Source: Candidatus Poribacteria bacterium WGA-3G
GTDB lineage: Bacteria > Poribacteria > WGA-4E > WGA-3G
Length of the DNA: 64,000 bases
Assembly (NCBI GenBank): GCA_000406005.1
Contig: ASZN01000015.1
Span: 15,542-79,541 of the forward strand
Direction of reading: 5' to 3'
A program made the position numbers and the translations under genes. Numbering within the stretch: position 1 is the first letter of the stretch; the number at the start of each line of letters is the position of its first letter. Positions 17,919 to 28,093 of the stretch are shown in pieces. The notes under the pieces were generated by a model. The model was not told the origin of the DNA, ran no database searches, and saw nothing but the letters and a program-made list of their open reading frames with translations.

Positions 17919-19142
17919 ATGAAAAATGAAGATGTTAATCTGATTCAGCGTATCCTGTCCGGTGATGAGGACGCTTGCGCTGCACTCGTAGAAAGGCATC
18001 GGGAGTGGGTCCATTCGCTCGCATGGCGAGAAATCGGTGATTTCCACGCTGCACAGGAGATTACCCAAGATACTTTCATTCAGGCGTTTAAATCGCTGCC
18101 TACCTTGAGGGATTCCAGCCGTTTTTTGGGCTGGTTGTATATGATAGCGAAGCGTCAGGGCATTGAATGGTTACGGCGAAAGCCGATGACGATGCAGTCC
18201 TTAGATGCAATGCCGAAATCCGAATTAGAGCAATTGTACTATACGCAATATCTTGAGGAAGAACAGGCACAAGCGTCAACAGATACGTTACGTGAAGTCG
18301 TGGAACGGCTCCTCCAGAAGTTACCAGAAACTGAACGTTCTGTGATGGTCCTGCACTATTTCAACGGCTTGACATGTGAGGAAGTGGGTGAACGTTTAGA
18401 TGTATCTTTGAACACAGTGAAAAGTCGGCTATATCGGGCACGGAAGCGATTAGAGCAGGAGGCGCGCGCGATACATTCATCAGCAGATCAGCAGATTGAG
18501 CAGATTTGGGAAGAGGTTGACCGAGAAGAACGCCAGTTTTTAGCGAACAGTCCGCTTGAAGGTGAACCTCGAAAGTTTAATCTCGATGTTCCGCAGTCAA
18601 ACAGTTTCTCATCAAAGGGGCACCTCAGCAGACGGTATGGAATGGATATGAAATTGGGAACACAATCAGATCCGTTAGTACCACACGTTCAAAAGTATCA
18701 TGCCACCATGGGGGCGTTGTATATCCGTTCAGCGGAACAGATCGCTTTAGTCCGAAAACAGACTTTGGATAGCACCTCTCTCCGGCAATCCATAAGGCAT
18801 GAACGGCTCATGAAACTCAGTCCTGCAAGCCTCTATACGTTTACAGCCGCTGCTTGGGCAGGTACCGATCTGGAGTGCATGTTTGATTTTGTTCAAGCTG
18901 TTCAAGGTTACCAGCGTACCATCGTTGACTATTTCCACGATAAAGATGCGTTCGGCAGTCGGAAATGGTTCGCCTCTGACAGAGGTGCAGTAGACTGGTG
19001 GGATTTGCCCCAGTTCCATTTTGATCGGACAGATGTCTCAGAAAACGCAACACGAGCACTACCAGAATTGTTTTTACTCCTATTAATCAATCTGGTTCTG
19101 TTCACAGGGACCTTCCTGATTTTCACTAAAATTGAAGTTTAA
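17919..19142 (+). CDS. ECF sigma-70 factor fused in frame to the C-terminal half of an ABC-2 permease
   Basis: Sigma region 2 (AQEITQDTFIQAFKSL, FLGWLYMIAKR) and region 4 (SVMVLHYF.GLTCEEVGERL.VSLNTVKSRLYRARKRL). After ~18460: LSPASLY, AGTD, LPQF and a terminal TM helix ending FTKIEV, like the adjacent permease C-terminus. RBS GGAGG. Confidence 0.8.
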   Translation: MKNEDVNLIQRILSGDEDACAALVERHREWVHSLAWREIGDFHAAQEITQDTFIQAFKSLPTLRDSSRFLGWLYMIAKRQGIEWLRRKPMTMQSLDAMPKSELEQLYYTQYLEEEQAQASTDTLREVVERLLQKLPETERSVMVLHYFNGLTCEEVGERLDVSLNTVKSRLYRARKRLEQEARAIHSSADQQIEQIWEEVDREERQFLANSPLEGEPRKFNLDVPQSNSFSSKGHLSRRYGMDMKLGTQSDPLVPHVQKYHATMGALYIRSAEQIALVRKQTLDSTSLRQSIRHERLMKLSPASLYTFTAAAWAGTDLECMFDFVQAVQGYQRTIVDYFHDKDAFGSRKWFASDRGAVDWWDLPQFHFDRTDVSENATRALPELFLLLLINLVLFTGTFLIFTKIEV

Positions 19143-19154
19143 AGGAGAATCCCA

Positions 19155-20681
19155 ATGATCTGGCACATTATTAAACGAGAACTCTTTGACCACATCAATA
19201 GCCTGCGTTTTATTCTAACGGTTGTGATACTTTCCGCCTTAATGGTTACCAACGCTGTGGTGCATCTTCGGGCGCACCCCAAAAGGGTCCGTAACTATTC
19301 CGAGAAGATTACCAAATCCGCTAACGAGTTGAAATCCCGATCGGAGTTGTATGCTCTGGCACGAAAGGGTCCCGGTGACCTTTACAAACGTCCCTCTTCG
19401 CTTGCGTTCATTGCAGACGGCGGCGATGCCTATTTGCCCAAAAATATATCAAACGGGGAGTCTTGGTCTATAAGTGGTCAGGGGGGTGAGGTCAAAAGCA
19501 ACTGGTGGTTGAATTACGGCACCGTGAACCCCGACGCAACAGACCTTCGTCCCTATGCAACAAAAATAGATTGGGTATTTATTATCACTTACCTGCTCTC
19601 CTTCATTCCGCTCCTCTTCACGTTTGATGCACTCTCCGGCGAGCGAGAACAAGGGACGTTGCGATTGTGTCTCGCGAATCCGATTTCACGACCCGTCCTG
19701 TTAATCGGTAAATTCTTGGGGACCTTAATAACTGTCCTCATTCCTTTTGTTTTTGCGGTGCTGCTGAATTTAACAGTGATCTCCGTCGATAGTTGGACAC
19801 AATTGAGTGCAGCCGACTGGGGACGTTTAGCACTGATCCTGCTGATTGCTTCCTGCTACGCAGGTATCTTCGTCGGATTAGGTCTGATGGTTTCTGCTGG
19901 CACGCGAGAGCCGCGGGTGAGTCTCGTTGTGCTCTTATTGATTTGGGTAGCCGGTGTGATTTTTATGCCATCCACCCTCGGCACACTCTCCACCAAGTGG
20001 ATGCCACCCGTGCAAACAATGGATCAATTTCGTGATGCAAGAAAAGCAGCCCTTAAGCAGATTAATGACGACTATGGTGCCCGAATGCGTGCCGTTAAAG
20101 AAAAAAAGAGCCCGAATCTTCCAAGTCTCAGTGAACTTCAGAAACTTTATGAAACGTCACCTGAAGCTGCCATGGCCGCAGCAGAAAAGTTAAGAGGGAC
20201 CTGGGAGGCAGAAGGCGACGAAGAATTGGAACTCAAAGCAGAACTCATTAAGGGCGATGTAGAAATTCGAGAACGCCTTAATCGCGAGCGTTTGGATGCA
20301 CAAATCGCGCAGGTGCAGCGCGCAAGGGCAGTAACCCGGCTTTCACCGGCAGCGATTGTCCAATACGCCCTTGAATCAATGGCAGGCACCGGTTTTAATC
20401 GACACTTGCAATACTTGGAACATGTGCATCAGCACACAAAACAATTTCGACAATTCATCGTCGAAACCGATAGAGCAGACATCCAGAGTCCTCACTTCAT
20501 CGGTGTCCCCAAAGGCATGTCTCAAAAACCGGTTGCGAGTGAGGCGATCCCGAAATTTGAGGATAAGATCGCCTTTAGCGATACATTCAACACCGCAACT
20601 TTGGACCTGCTGTTACTCGTTTTACTACTCGGCGTATTTGTTTCAGGGGCATTCCTTGTCTTTATACGTTCAGAGGTGTGA
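19155..20681 (+). CDS. ABC-2 type transporter permease subunit
   Basis: MIWHIIKREL, FDALSGEREQGTLRLCLANPISR..LLIGK, multiple TM helices, LSPAAI, AGTG, C-terminus FIRSEV. Confidence 0.88.
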   Translation: MIWHIIKRELFDHINSLRFILTVVILSALMVTNAVVHLRAHPKRVRNYSEKITKSANELKSRSELYALARKGPGDLYKRPSSLAFIADGGDAYLPKNISNGESWSISGQGGEVKSNWWLNYGTVNPDATDLRPYATKIDWVFIITYLLSFIPLLFTFDALSGEREQGTLRLCLANPISRPVLLIGKFLGTLITVLIPFVFAVLLNLTVISVDSWTQLSAADWGRLALILLIASCYAGIFVGLGLMVSAGTREPRVSLVVLLLIWVAGVIFMPSTLGTLSTKWMPPVQTMDQFRDARKAALKQINDDYGARMRAVKEKKSPNLPSLSELQKLYETSPEAAMAAAEKLRGTWEAEGDEELELKAELIKGDVEIRERLNRERLDAQIAQVQRARAVTRLSPAAIVQYALESMAGTGFNRHLQYLEHVHQHTKQFRQFIVETDRADIQSPHFIGVPKGMSQKPVASEAIPKFEDKIAFSDTFNTATLDLLLLVLLLGVFVSGAFLVFIRSEV

Positions 20682-20743
20682 ACACCCACAATCACTGATG
20701 AGCATTAACGGCTCGTCACCAAACAAAAGGAGAAATAACCATA

Positions 20744-21634
20744 ATGTTGAAAAGATTTCGCACCTTTTTTACCCTTTTACTCGGCTTTGGGCTCAGCGCG
20801 GTACTAATAGGCGATGCAGCCGAAACTATCCAATACTTTCCAGAGACACTCGGAAGTTACTGGGTTTACGAAGACCCAGATGGAAACGAATTAACGCGGC
20901 GTGTCGTTGAGGGCAAAGAGATTGCCGGGGAGATGTATCACGCCTTCAGTTATGAACCCGTGTTGGAGGATTCGGCAAATTATGCCCATCACATCCATCC
21001 AAATTTCTACCGGATCGGTGCGGAGAAGGTCACGTTCTGGGTCGGGGATGAGGTAGAGAAATCCCTCAAAGCACGTCTTACTGAAGAGATGGAGGCTTTT
21101 CTGAAAATATTGGAGAAAATAGGGGCACCGTTTACCATGCTCTATAAGGTTGAGACAGAGGCACAAGACCCGTTTTATGTGCTGCCAATGCCTGTCACGT
21201 TCAACGAAAAGTGGAAGGCAACACAGATAAAAGCCAAAATCACGATGACCCCTTTTCCACCGCAAGATCCTCCAGAAGCCGCAATCGAATTCACTATTGT
21301 CGAAACAGGAACTGTCATAGGCACGGAAAACGTTGAGACACCCGCGGGCATTTTTGAAGACTGTTTGAAGATTGAATACCGAACAAAAACAGCGATGGAA
21401 GTATCCTCAGCGGAATTGGGATTCGGTTCAGAAACGCCCGGCGAATCCTTTACAACGCTGTGGGTGGCACCCAACATCGGGATTGTCAAGTTTCATCAAA
21501 AAGCTGAGGATATTTTTCTGAAAGTTTTCCCTATGCCTCCTGGCTTTGAGGCTCCACCTCCCGTCAGACCCTCTGAATTAAAACTTGAATTAAAGAAATA
21601 TGAAGTCAAATCCACTGATTCTGGTGGACAATAA
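20744..21634 (+). CDS. Secreted hypothetical protein
   Basis: Signal peptide; YFPETLGSYWVYED, ENVETPAGIFEDCLKIE, TLWVAPNIGIVK (beta-rich secreted family). RBS AGGAG. Confidence 0.7.
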   Translation: MLKRFRTFFTLLLGFGLSAVLIGDAAETIQYFPETLGSYWVYEDPDGNELTRRVVEGKEIAGEMYHAFSYEPVLEDSANYAHHIHPNFYRIGAEKVTFWVGDEVEKSLKARLTEEMEAFLKILEKIGAPFTMLYKVETEAQDPFYVLPMPVTFNEKWKATQIKAKITMTPFPPQDPPEAAIEFTIVETGTVIGTENVETPAGIFEDCLKIEYRTKTAMEVSSAELGFGSETPGESFTTLWVAPNIGIVKFHQKAEDIFLKVFPMPPGFEAPPPVRPSELKLELKKYEVKSTDSGGQ

Positions 21635-21673
21635 ACGCTACAGGTGGGAAAGACTGCCTAAAGATACATTCTA

Positions 21674-21701
21674 TGCAACCTTTCCCTCTTAAAACGCGAC
21701 A
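21674..21701 (+). promoter_or_regulatory. ECF-type promoter, class 1 (TGCAACC-N16-CGACA)
   Basis: TGCAACCTTTCCCTCTTAAAACGCGACA upstream of the gene at 21753. Confidence 0.65.
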
Positions 21702-21752
21702 TAATATTATGAGACAACCCACTTTTCAAGAGAAGTTAGGAGAAAACAAGAA

Positions 21753-23084
21753 ATGACAAGCGTTCGCGCGTCAAACACCGTTTTAGCACAACAACGGACA
21801 ACAACCCCAAAAGTAGAGCGAACTATTCCTGACTTGTCTGAGAAAGTTCCAACCGATCTGAAAGAGATAAAGGTTATTTTCAATGAAGAAATGACAGGTG
21901 TTGATATAGGATATTGTGGGGTTCCAGTCGGTGATGTCCGGTGGGAAAACAACACGACCCATGTTATTTTGTTTAATGAACACCTATCACCCTCAAAGAC
22001 CTATCGGCTTATATTCGGACGCAATGAGGGTTACCAGAATATGGCAGGCGTTGTATTGGAAGAGTATGTTCTGACATTTACAACAGAAGGTCCTGATCCA
22101 GCTACGCCTACTTTTGTGGACACAACACCTGTCCATGTAACAGATATTGAGAAACTTGACCTCTCAGATAAACTGCTCTGTCGCGTTTCCGAGAGTCCTA
22201 CAGAAGGGTTTAACTTCCCGTACTATCTGCTCATTCCACAAGGTATAAACCTGAACAAACCGATTTATCTACTGGTAGAACCGAACAACACAGGGGTCGG
22301 TAGCAATTTTGTGAGCCTTGATAGGAATACAAAGGACTCAATAGAGACCTGTTCTGCCAGTAGTGTCGCAAGAAAACTGAAAATTCCACTGCTCATGCCT
22401 GTTTTTCCGAGACCCGGCGGGACGCTCTATACACACGCTTTAGATAGAGAAACCCTCCTGATAAAAGACGGAGATCTCAAGAGAATTGACCTACAACTTA
22501 TCGTAATGATAGCACATGCACAAAAACTCATGTGCCACAATAATGTGAAGGTGAATGAGAAGGTTTTCATGAACGGATTTTCGGCTTCCGGGACGTTTAC
22601 AAACCGGTTTGCAATTTTGCACCCGACGGTTGTCCGTGCTGTTGCCACGGGCGGCATCAACTGCATCCCGACCTTTCCAACGGATCAGTGGAACGGGACC
22701 ACAATGCGTTACCCGGTCGGAATCGCTGATGTGAAGGAAATCGCTGGTATTGACTTTGACGAAGCAGCATATAAAAAAGTGTCCCAGTATATTTACATGG
22801 GTGCTTTGGATGACAACGACACCGTTCCGTATCGAGATGCTTATGATGAAGTTGACGCTGAATTAGTCAAAAGCCTCATTGGAGCTAAAATGATGCCGGA
22901 TCGGTGGGACACGAGTCAATCAATATACAGGGCACTTGGAATCCCTGTGCAATTTGTCACGTACGAGAATACTGGACATGAAACCAAGCGTGAAATGCAT
23001 GATGATATTGCTGCCTTTTTCGAGGCAAATATTGGAGATGAAATTGTTGAAATCGTCCCTCATCAATATCCATCTCAGGAATGA
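21753..23084 (+). CDS. Ig-like (Big_5-like) domain fused to an alpha/beta-hydrolase
   Basis: N-terminal IKVIFNEEM...LSPSKTYRL...EYVLTFTT; nucleophile elbow MNGFSASG; later D and H candidates (DDND, GH). RBS AGGAG. Confidence 0.65.
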   Translation: MTSVRASNTVLAQQRTTTPKVERTIPDLSEKVPTDLKEIKVIFNEEMTGVDIGYCGVPVGDVRWENNTTHVILFNEHLSPSKTYRLIFGRNEGYQNMAGVVLEEYVLTFTTEGPDPATPTFVDTTPVHVTDIEKLDLSDKLLCRVSESPTEGFNFPYYLLIPQGINLNKPIYLLVEPNNTGVGSNFVSLDRNTKDSIETCSASSVARKLKIPLLMPVFPRPGGTLYTHALDRETLLIKDGDLKRIDLQLIVMIAHAQKLMCHNNVKVNEKVFMNGFSASGTFTNRFAILHPTVVRAVATGGINCIPTFPTDQWNGTTMRYPVGIADVKEIAGIDFDEAAYKKVSQYIYMGALDDNDTVPYRDAYDEVDAELVKSLIGAKMMPDRWDTSQSIYRALGIPVQFVTYENTGHETKREMHDDIAAFFEANIGDEIVEIVPHQYPSQE

Positions 23085-23093
23085 GGTAAGCTT

Positions 23094-23402
23094 ATGCGTG
23101 CACTTTGGTTCATTACCCAACGAGAATTCGTCTCAAACGTGTTGACCTCCCGATTTATGATTGGGTTTATGGTGTGTCTGCTTTCAACGGCTGTCGCCGT
23201 CTTCGTCCAGGTGGATGATCACGAAAAACGGTTGGTAGGATATAACACGGCTGTCCGGGAATCTCAGGCGGAAGTCCAGAATTGGAAACTCTACACCGAT
23301 ATTAGCGCGAAGGTGCATAGAAAACCGAATCCGCTCGGCATTTTTAATCTGCTATTCTTTATTCTCGCGCAGGTCTCGTTTCTCATGAGCGAGGTAAAAT
23401 AG
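23094..23402 (+). pseudogene. ABC-2 permease with a large in-frame internal deletion
   Basis: N-terminus (LWFITQREF..TSRF...KPNPLGIFN) joins directly to a permease-type C-terminus (NLLFFILAQVSFLMSEVK). It is 102 aa versus 468-508 aa for its paralogs. Confidence 0.75.
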
Positions 23403-23418
23403 GTGCGGAAGCACCTAC
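23400..23418 (-). repeat. GTAG-led hairpin between convergent genes
   Basis: Minus strand GTAGGTGCTTCCGCACCTA. Confidence 0.5.
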
Positions 23419-23466
23419 ACCAACTATCGATCTCCAACGATACAGTCGGATTCAAGTTTCCCTGTA

Positions 23467-24081
23467 CTATGTAAGGAGTTCGTTTTGCAGGTAAGGTCCC
23501 AGCATATTTCGGAGTCTTTGACGGGCATGATGCAGGGACGTTTTAATAGTGCTCTCCGACTTGTCCAAGCGTGAGGCAATCTTTTTTATCGGGAGTTCGT
23601 GAAAGTAGCGTAAACGAAACGCGCGGCGTTGGCCAGACGGGAGTTGATGCACGGCTTTGCGGATAATATGCCCGAGTTCCTCCTTCTCAAGGATTTGACA
23701 AGGCGACGGCTGCTGCTGGAGCATTGGAAGAACATCGTCTCCGTTTTGCAGCAATTCCTCACACGCAAAAAGGATTTGCTTATCTCGTTTGCGCATAAAA
23801 TCAATACTGCAATTGACAGCAATTTGATAAAGCCATGTATAGAATGCCGATTGGTTTTTGAAATTCGGCAATGATTGCCATGCCTTTAGAAATACTTCTT
23901 GACAAAGGTCTTTCGCTGTTTCACGGTCCCCAACCCGTTGATAAATCAGATTGTAGATTTTTTGCTGATATTTCCGCACCAGAGGATTAAACGCCTCTGT
24001 ATTGCCATTCTGAACGAGCCTGACAAGTTCTTGCTCATCGAAATGGTTGAGTTCAGTGTGTATTGTCGAAGCACTGCTCAT
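23467..24081 (-). CDS. ECF RNA polymerase sigma-70 factor
   Basis: AFNPLVRKYQQKIY, DLCQEVFLKAW, FYTWLYQIAVN, RRAFRLRYFHELPIKKIA, TIKTSLHHARQRL. ATG 24081 follows AAGGAG. Confidence 0.92.
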   Translation of the reverse strand: MSSASTIHTELNHFDEQELVRLVQNGNTEAFNPLVRKYQQKIYNLIYQRVGDRETAKDLCQEVFLKAWQSLPNFKNQSAFYTWLYQIAVNCSIDFMRKRDKQILFACEELLQNGDDVLPMLQQQPSPCQILEKEELGHIIRKAVHQLPSGQRRAFRLRYFHELPIKKIASRLDKSESTIKTSLHHARQRLRNMLGPYLQNELLT

Positions 24082-24105
24082 ATTTTTTTCTCCTTGCATA
24101 ATATA

Positions 24106-25497
24106 TTATTCAATCCATTGCATTGTTTCTCGGAGTTTTTCCTTTGCTTGTGCGTAATCTCGGCGGGCTCGATAAAACACGCGTTGTGCCTCCGTGAATT
24201 GCGCCTGTGCTTGAAACGCATCATCGAAAGTTGAACCTCGATAGCCGGGGATTTCAACCGTGATTTCAGTCAAGACCCGTTCTATCGTTCGTAACCGTTG
24301 CCCAAAAATTCTGACGCGTTTTTCTTCGATCTCCACCCGTTCTTTCGCATTCGCTACAGCACGGTAGTCACGGCGTACCTCTACACGGATTGACTTTGTT
24401 TTTTCCACATATTCCAACTGAAGCCGTTCCAATTCTGCAAATTCTACAGAGCGGAGATTCTCAGTCTTTTTTCCATCGTATAGCGGAATGTTGAGGTTGA
24501 AACGCACCTCCCATCCGTCTTGGGCACGCGGGCTTGTCTCAAAGATACTCGATACATCTCGCTCCCGATCGAGTATTATCGGATCATAAAGTGCCTTTGC
24601 GTCCCAGGTTCTGTTCTGTTGGTGTTGTTCCAGCAACACGTGGAGATCCTTGTAGCGTGCTTCGGCAGACAGCTCAGGGAGTCGGTTCCAAATTGTCTCC
24701 GCAGCGAGGCGTTCTTGCCGGACGATATCACCCCGTAGATCGCGCAAGTCAAGGTTATTTGTGAGTGCAAGTTCAACGGCGGCTTCCAGTGTTACATCGT
24801 CATCAGGGAGCGGTTGTGAGAGAACAACTTGTGCCAACGGATCGAGTCCAGTGAGACTGATGAGCTCAGCGGTATCTACATCAAGCCGCCGCTGGAGCTC
24901 GTTGAGGGCGAGCTGCTGTTCCAACAATTCGAGTTCCGTATTCAGGCGGCTGAGGAACGGAATCCGCTTTTCGGCTTGCTTGAGTTTCGTGCCCTCCAAT
25001 TTTTTATTAAGTTCTACCTCAATTGCACGGCGTTCTTTAATCTCTTCTTGTGTGAGGATGATATTGTTCCAGAGATTCCGCACGTCGTAAACAATTTTCT
25101 TTCTTGCGTGTTCGTATTCAATTTCTGACTTACGGACCTCTTCTTGGGCGGCATCGAGTCCGTCGGGGATTTCGCCGAATTGCGCGAAGAGGACGCTCAT
25201 CTGGGCGCGCGTGAGATAGTCTCTTTCATCTATATCACCATCTTTTTGACGTTGATATTCGCTGGTAAGTCCTACCTGTGGTAGGTACACGGCTTTCGAC
25301 ACACGGAGGTTCGCCTGCGTCCGTTCTAATACTTTTTCCGCTTTTTTTACCGCCTCGTTGTTTTGTAAGGCGAGCTCTATTGTGCGTGCGGGTTGAAGCG
25401 AAATCAACCGTTGTGCTGAGACGACACCCGCGGTGAAAAAGAATACACAGACTGCAAGTACCGTTAACCTTTTGTTCATTTCAATTTTTTTAATCAT
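24106..25497 (-). CDS. TolC family outer membrane efflux protein
   Basis: Signal peptide; IELALQNN, two internal repeats (YLPQVGL / RLPELSA), IPLYDG, coiled-coil helices. Confidence 0.8.
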   Translation of the reverse strand: MIKKIEMNKRLTVLAVCVFFFTAGVVSAQRLISLQPARTIELALQNNEAVKKAEKVLERTQANLRVSKAVYLPQVGLTSEYQRQKDGDIDERDYLTRAQMSVLFAQFGEIPDGLDAAQEEVRKSEIEYEHARKKIVYDVRNLWNNIILTQEEIKERRAIEVELNKKLEGTKLKQAEKRIPFLSRLNTELELLEQQLALNELQRRLDVDTAELISLTGLDPLAQVVLSQPLPDDDVTLEAAVELALTNNLDLRDLRGDIVRQERLAAETIWNRLPELSAEARYKDLHVLLEQHQQNRTWDAKALYDPIILDRERDVSSIFETSPRAQDGWEVRFNLNIPLYDGKKTENLRSVEFAELERLQLEYVEKTKSIRVEVRRDYRAVANAKERVEIEEKRVRIFGQRLRTIERVLTEITVEIPGYRGSTFDDAFQAQAQFTEAQRVFYRARRDYAQAKEKLRETMQWIE

Positions 25498-25619
25498 GCC
25501 TAACTCGTATTATATTTTTTTAGTTGGAATCGCTTTGAAAATTTCGCTGAAGTCTCCTGAAACGAAAAGCGACAAATTGATTTTACAGCAAATCTACAAG
25601 TAGAGATACATCAAAGATT

Positions 25620-25642
25620 TGGCGGGGTTTGGAACCCCGCCA
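25620..25642. terminator. GC-rich hairpin (possible terminator or repeat family member)
   Basis: TGGCGGGGTT-TGG-AACCCCGCCA; related GGGTT..AACCCCG cores at 30597, 47496 and 50334. Confidence 0.5.
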
Positions 25643-25672
25643 GTGAAAGCGGACGTTGGCTCCAATAAAAAA

Positions 25673-27982
25673 TCAGCGTCGGCTAATGCGGATTGTAACG
25701 ATAACAATCCCAATCATGAGCAGTATCAGTGCACCGAAAAGGAGCGTCGTCACTGACATCTGGGTCTGTGATTCAACTTGTACCGTGATGGAACGGTCGC
25801 GTGCCTCGAATTTCCGGTTATCAACGGTAACCTCGGCATTCAACTTCGCCTGATATTCACCTACGCCGATGTCCCCTGGTGGACTCAACGTCAGTTGTAT
25901 CTCCTTCTCCTCATTCCGCGCGAGTGAACGGATGACTTCAGGGACAACAGTATATTTCCAATCGGTGTTAACATCAACTATCATGCGGATATCAACCAAA
26001 TCACGGGTACCGATGTTCTGCAGCGTCGCTGTCATGTTAACCTCTTCGCCAATTTTGATCGTCTGAAATGCGTTCTGCACGAACACTTCAATCTCCGGCA
26101 CACCTTTCGGAATGAGTTCAAACCGCTCGACACCGCCTTGTATGCCCGCAATCTGATCAGCAGGTAGGTCCAACCGATTATTAACGCCCCCGAGTTCGTT
26201 CGCTTCTGCTTCGTCAAGCACCGCGACATGGAACTCAAGTGTGCTATCAAGATAAGAGGCATCCAATTCCTCCGGTAGGTAGACAATCAAGGATAGATTC
26301 CGCTTCGACTCCTCCTGCGTAAACTTCACCTGAGACTGTCGAGTCCTTGTCTCTGGGTCTTGAAACTCAAAGGAGAGACGGTTCAATAGGTTAATAACGC
26401 GCAACTGGAATGTGTTCTCTGTTTCCGCCAACCGGTCCAACGTCAAATCATAGGTAACGCTGCTGCCGAGATTCCCTTCCTGCGAAAAGCGGAGTGAACT
26501 GACATTGACCACATCTAAGGCGGACTCTTTTTGCAAATAGATGAGCCGCGTCTCTGGCATCTCAAGTTCCGGGTAGTTCAACGATACCTTCAGACTCTCA
26601 ACATCTTTCTGGAGCTGGAAAGTCAATTCCACAGTTTCATTGTAACCAAGAACTGGGATCTTCTCCTCATACGGTTTGACGATGTTCGTGTCATCAGTAA
26701 CATCAAGTAAGGAGACATAAATCGAGCGAATCTCATTCGCCGCAGCGATCTCCTCTGGGCTCGCATTGATCGACATCGCTTCAGTTGTAGATGTGTTCTT
26801 TAACTGAAGCGTTACCATCATCTGGTTCTCGACCCGAAACTTCTTCGCACTCAGGATAGAGATATGGCGCGTGTCCTCCTCAAGGTGGATTTTATACGGA
26901 TTTTCCTCCTCAAGGTATGTGAGACTCACAATGAGGCTATCCACATTCCGTCGCAGCTCAAAATCAAGCGTTTTTTCCTCGCCATCTTTCAGCGTCGGAA
27001 TACGATGTTCATAAGGAAAACCGATGATAGCAGCCGTGTCGTCTTTGATGGAGACATAGACGTTGTTAATTTCTTGTGCCGTGGTGGCATCTATCGGCTC
27101 TGCTTCATCATTTAACGCCCCGTACCTGAGAACAACTTCCAGCCGGCGGCGGTCGCCTTCCTTATAACGCCTCGCCGACACAACAGAGATATACGGATCC
27201 TCCTGTTTAAGGTGGATGTTTTTATTTTCCTCACGCCCCGAATACTTTAACTCTACGACGACATCTCGTACATTCTCTTTGATGAGTTCAAATTCCAAAG
27301 TAACGGATTCATCCTCTTTGAGCGTCTTGATCCGTTGTTCATAAGGTTCGGTGATAATCGCACCGCTTGAACCATAACCTTCCTGCTCTTTAATTGTGAC
27401 GAAAATATCGTCAATCTGCGCGCTAAGGATAATATCTTGTCCAACGACTTCCGAACTCGCAACGAGTTTGACAGGAGATGAATTATTCCGTAGGGTAATT
27501 GAGAACAGCTCTCTGCCATCGGGAGATTCATACAAACTTGTCTCTTCAACGCTGATATGCCATTCATCTTGTAGCGATTCAAGCTCCACCTCTTGCAGTT
27601 TCAGTTTTGCCTGTTCATACTCAGAGACAGCCGTTTCGTAGTCTTCCTCCGCAGTATTCACTTCAGCAACGGTGACGATGTTGTCTTCCTCCATCGTCAT
27701 TGCCCTGAGTTGTTCGAGCTCAATCTGCTTTTTTTTCATCGACCTTCTTGCCGATTCCATCTTCTGACGCTCGATTTCTATCTTAATATGACGGTCCTGT
27801 TCGTCTCTGGTTTTCGTACGCTCGCCATTAGACGGCGCGGGTGCTTCCGACTCTTCTGCCAAGGCAACCTCAAACAGCGCGCTTGGCAGCAATATCCCTA
27901 TTGCGAGAATGAAAACCGATGTAAAAATATTAATTCGCATTTTTAATAGACTTTCGTGCCGATTTTTTGTATTGACCATCAA
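25673..27982 (-). CDS. Membrane-anchored protein with three internal repeats and a NEW3/NPCBM-associated-like domain
   Basis: Signal peptide, coiled coil, three ~120-aa repeats (I..VYVSI.....PYE..I..L...E...L.FEL...V.SL.V.L.Y), C-terminal TATLQNIGTRDL...PGDIGVGEY, C-terminal TM helix. Confidence 0.7.
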   Translation of the reverse strand: MMVNTKNRHESLLKMRINIFTSVFILAIGILLPSALFEVALAEESEAPAPSNGERTKTRDEQDRHIKIEIERQKMESARRSMKKKQIELEQLRAMTMEEDNIVTVAEVNTAEEDYETAVSEYEQAKLKLQEVELESLQDEWHISVEETSLYESPDGRELFSITLRNNSSPVKLVASSEVVGQDIILSAQIDDIFVTIKEQEGYGSSGAIITEPYEQRIKTLKEDESVTLEFELIKENVRDVVVELKYSGREENKNIHLKQEDPYISVVSARRYKEGDRRRLEVVLRYGALNDEAEPIDATTAQEINNVYVSIKDDTAAIIGFPYEHRIPTLKDGEEKTLDFELRRNVDSLIVSLTYLEEENPYKIHLEEDTRHISILSAKKFRVENQMMVTLQLKNTSTTEAMSINASPEEIAAANEIRSIYVSLLDVTDDTNIVKPYEEKIPVLGYNETVELTFQLQKDVESLKVSLNYPELEMPETRLIYLQKESALDVVNVSSLRFSQEGNLGSSVTYDLTLDRLAETENTFQLRVINLLNRLSFEFQDPETRTRQSQVKFTQEESKRNLSLIVYLPEELDASYLDSTLEFHVAVLDEAEANELGGVNNRLDLPADQIAGIQGGVERFELIPKGVPEIEVFVQNAFQTIKIGEEVNMTATLQNIGTRDLVDIRMIVDVNTDWKYTVVPEVIRSLARNEEKEIQLTLSPPGDIGVGEYQAKLNAEVTVDNRKFEARDRSITVQVESQTQMSVTTLLFGALILLMIGIVIVTIRISRR

Positions 27983-28093
27983 CGCGTCCCTTTCTCTATT
28001 ATGTTTGGACTCGAATTGTTGGTCAAAAAATCGGGTTTTCGATTAATCCAAACCGAAAGTTGGTTAATTGGGTGGTAGTGAATGGTGTAGACA

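Noticed and set aside
18461-23402. The permease half on the sigma fusion and the 23094 fragment as two halves of one split gene
   Set aside because: The 23094 fragment has its own, different C-terminus (FLMSEVK versus FTKIEV), so they come from different genes.
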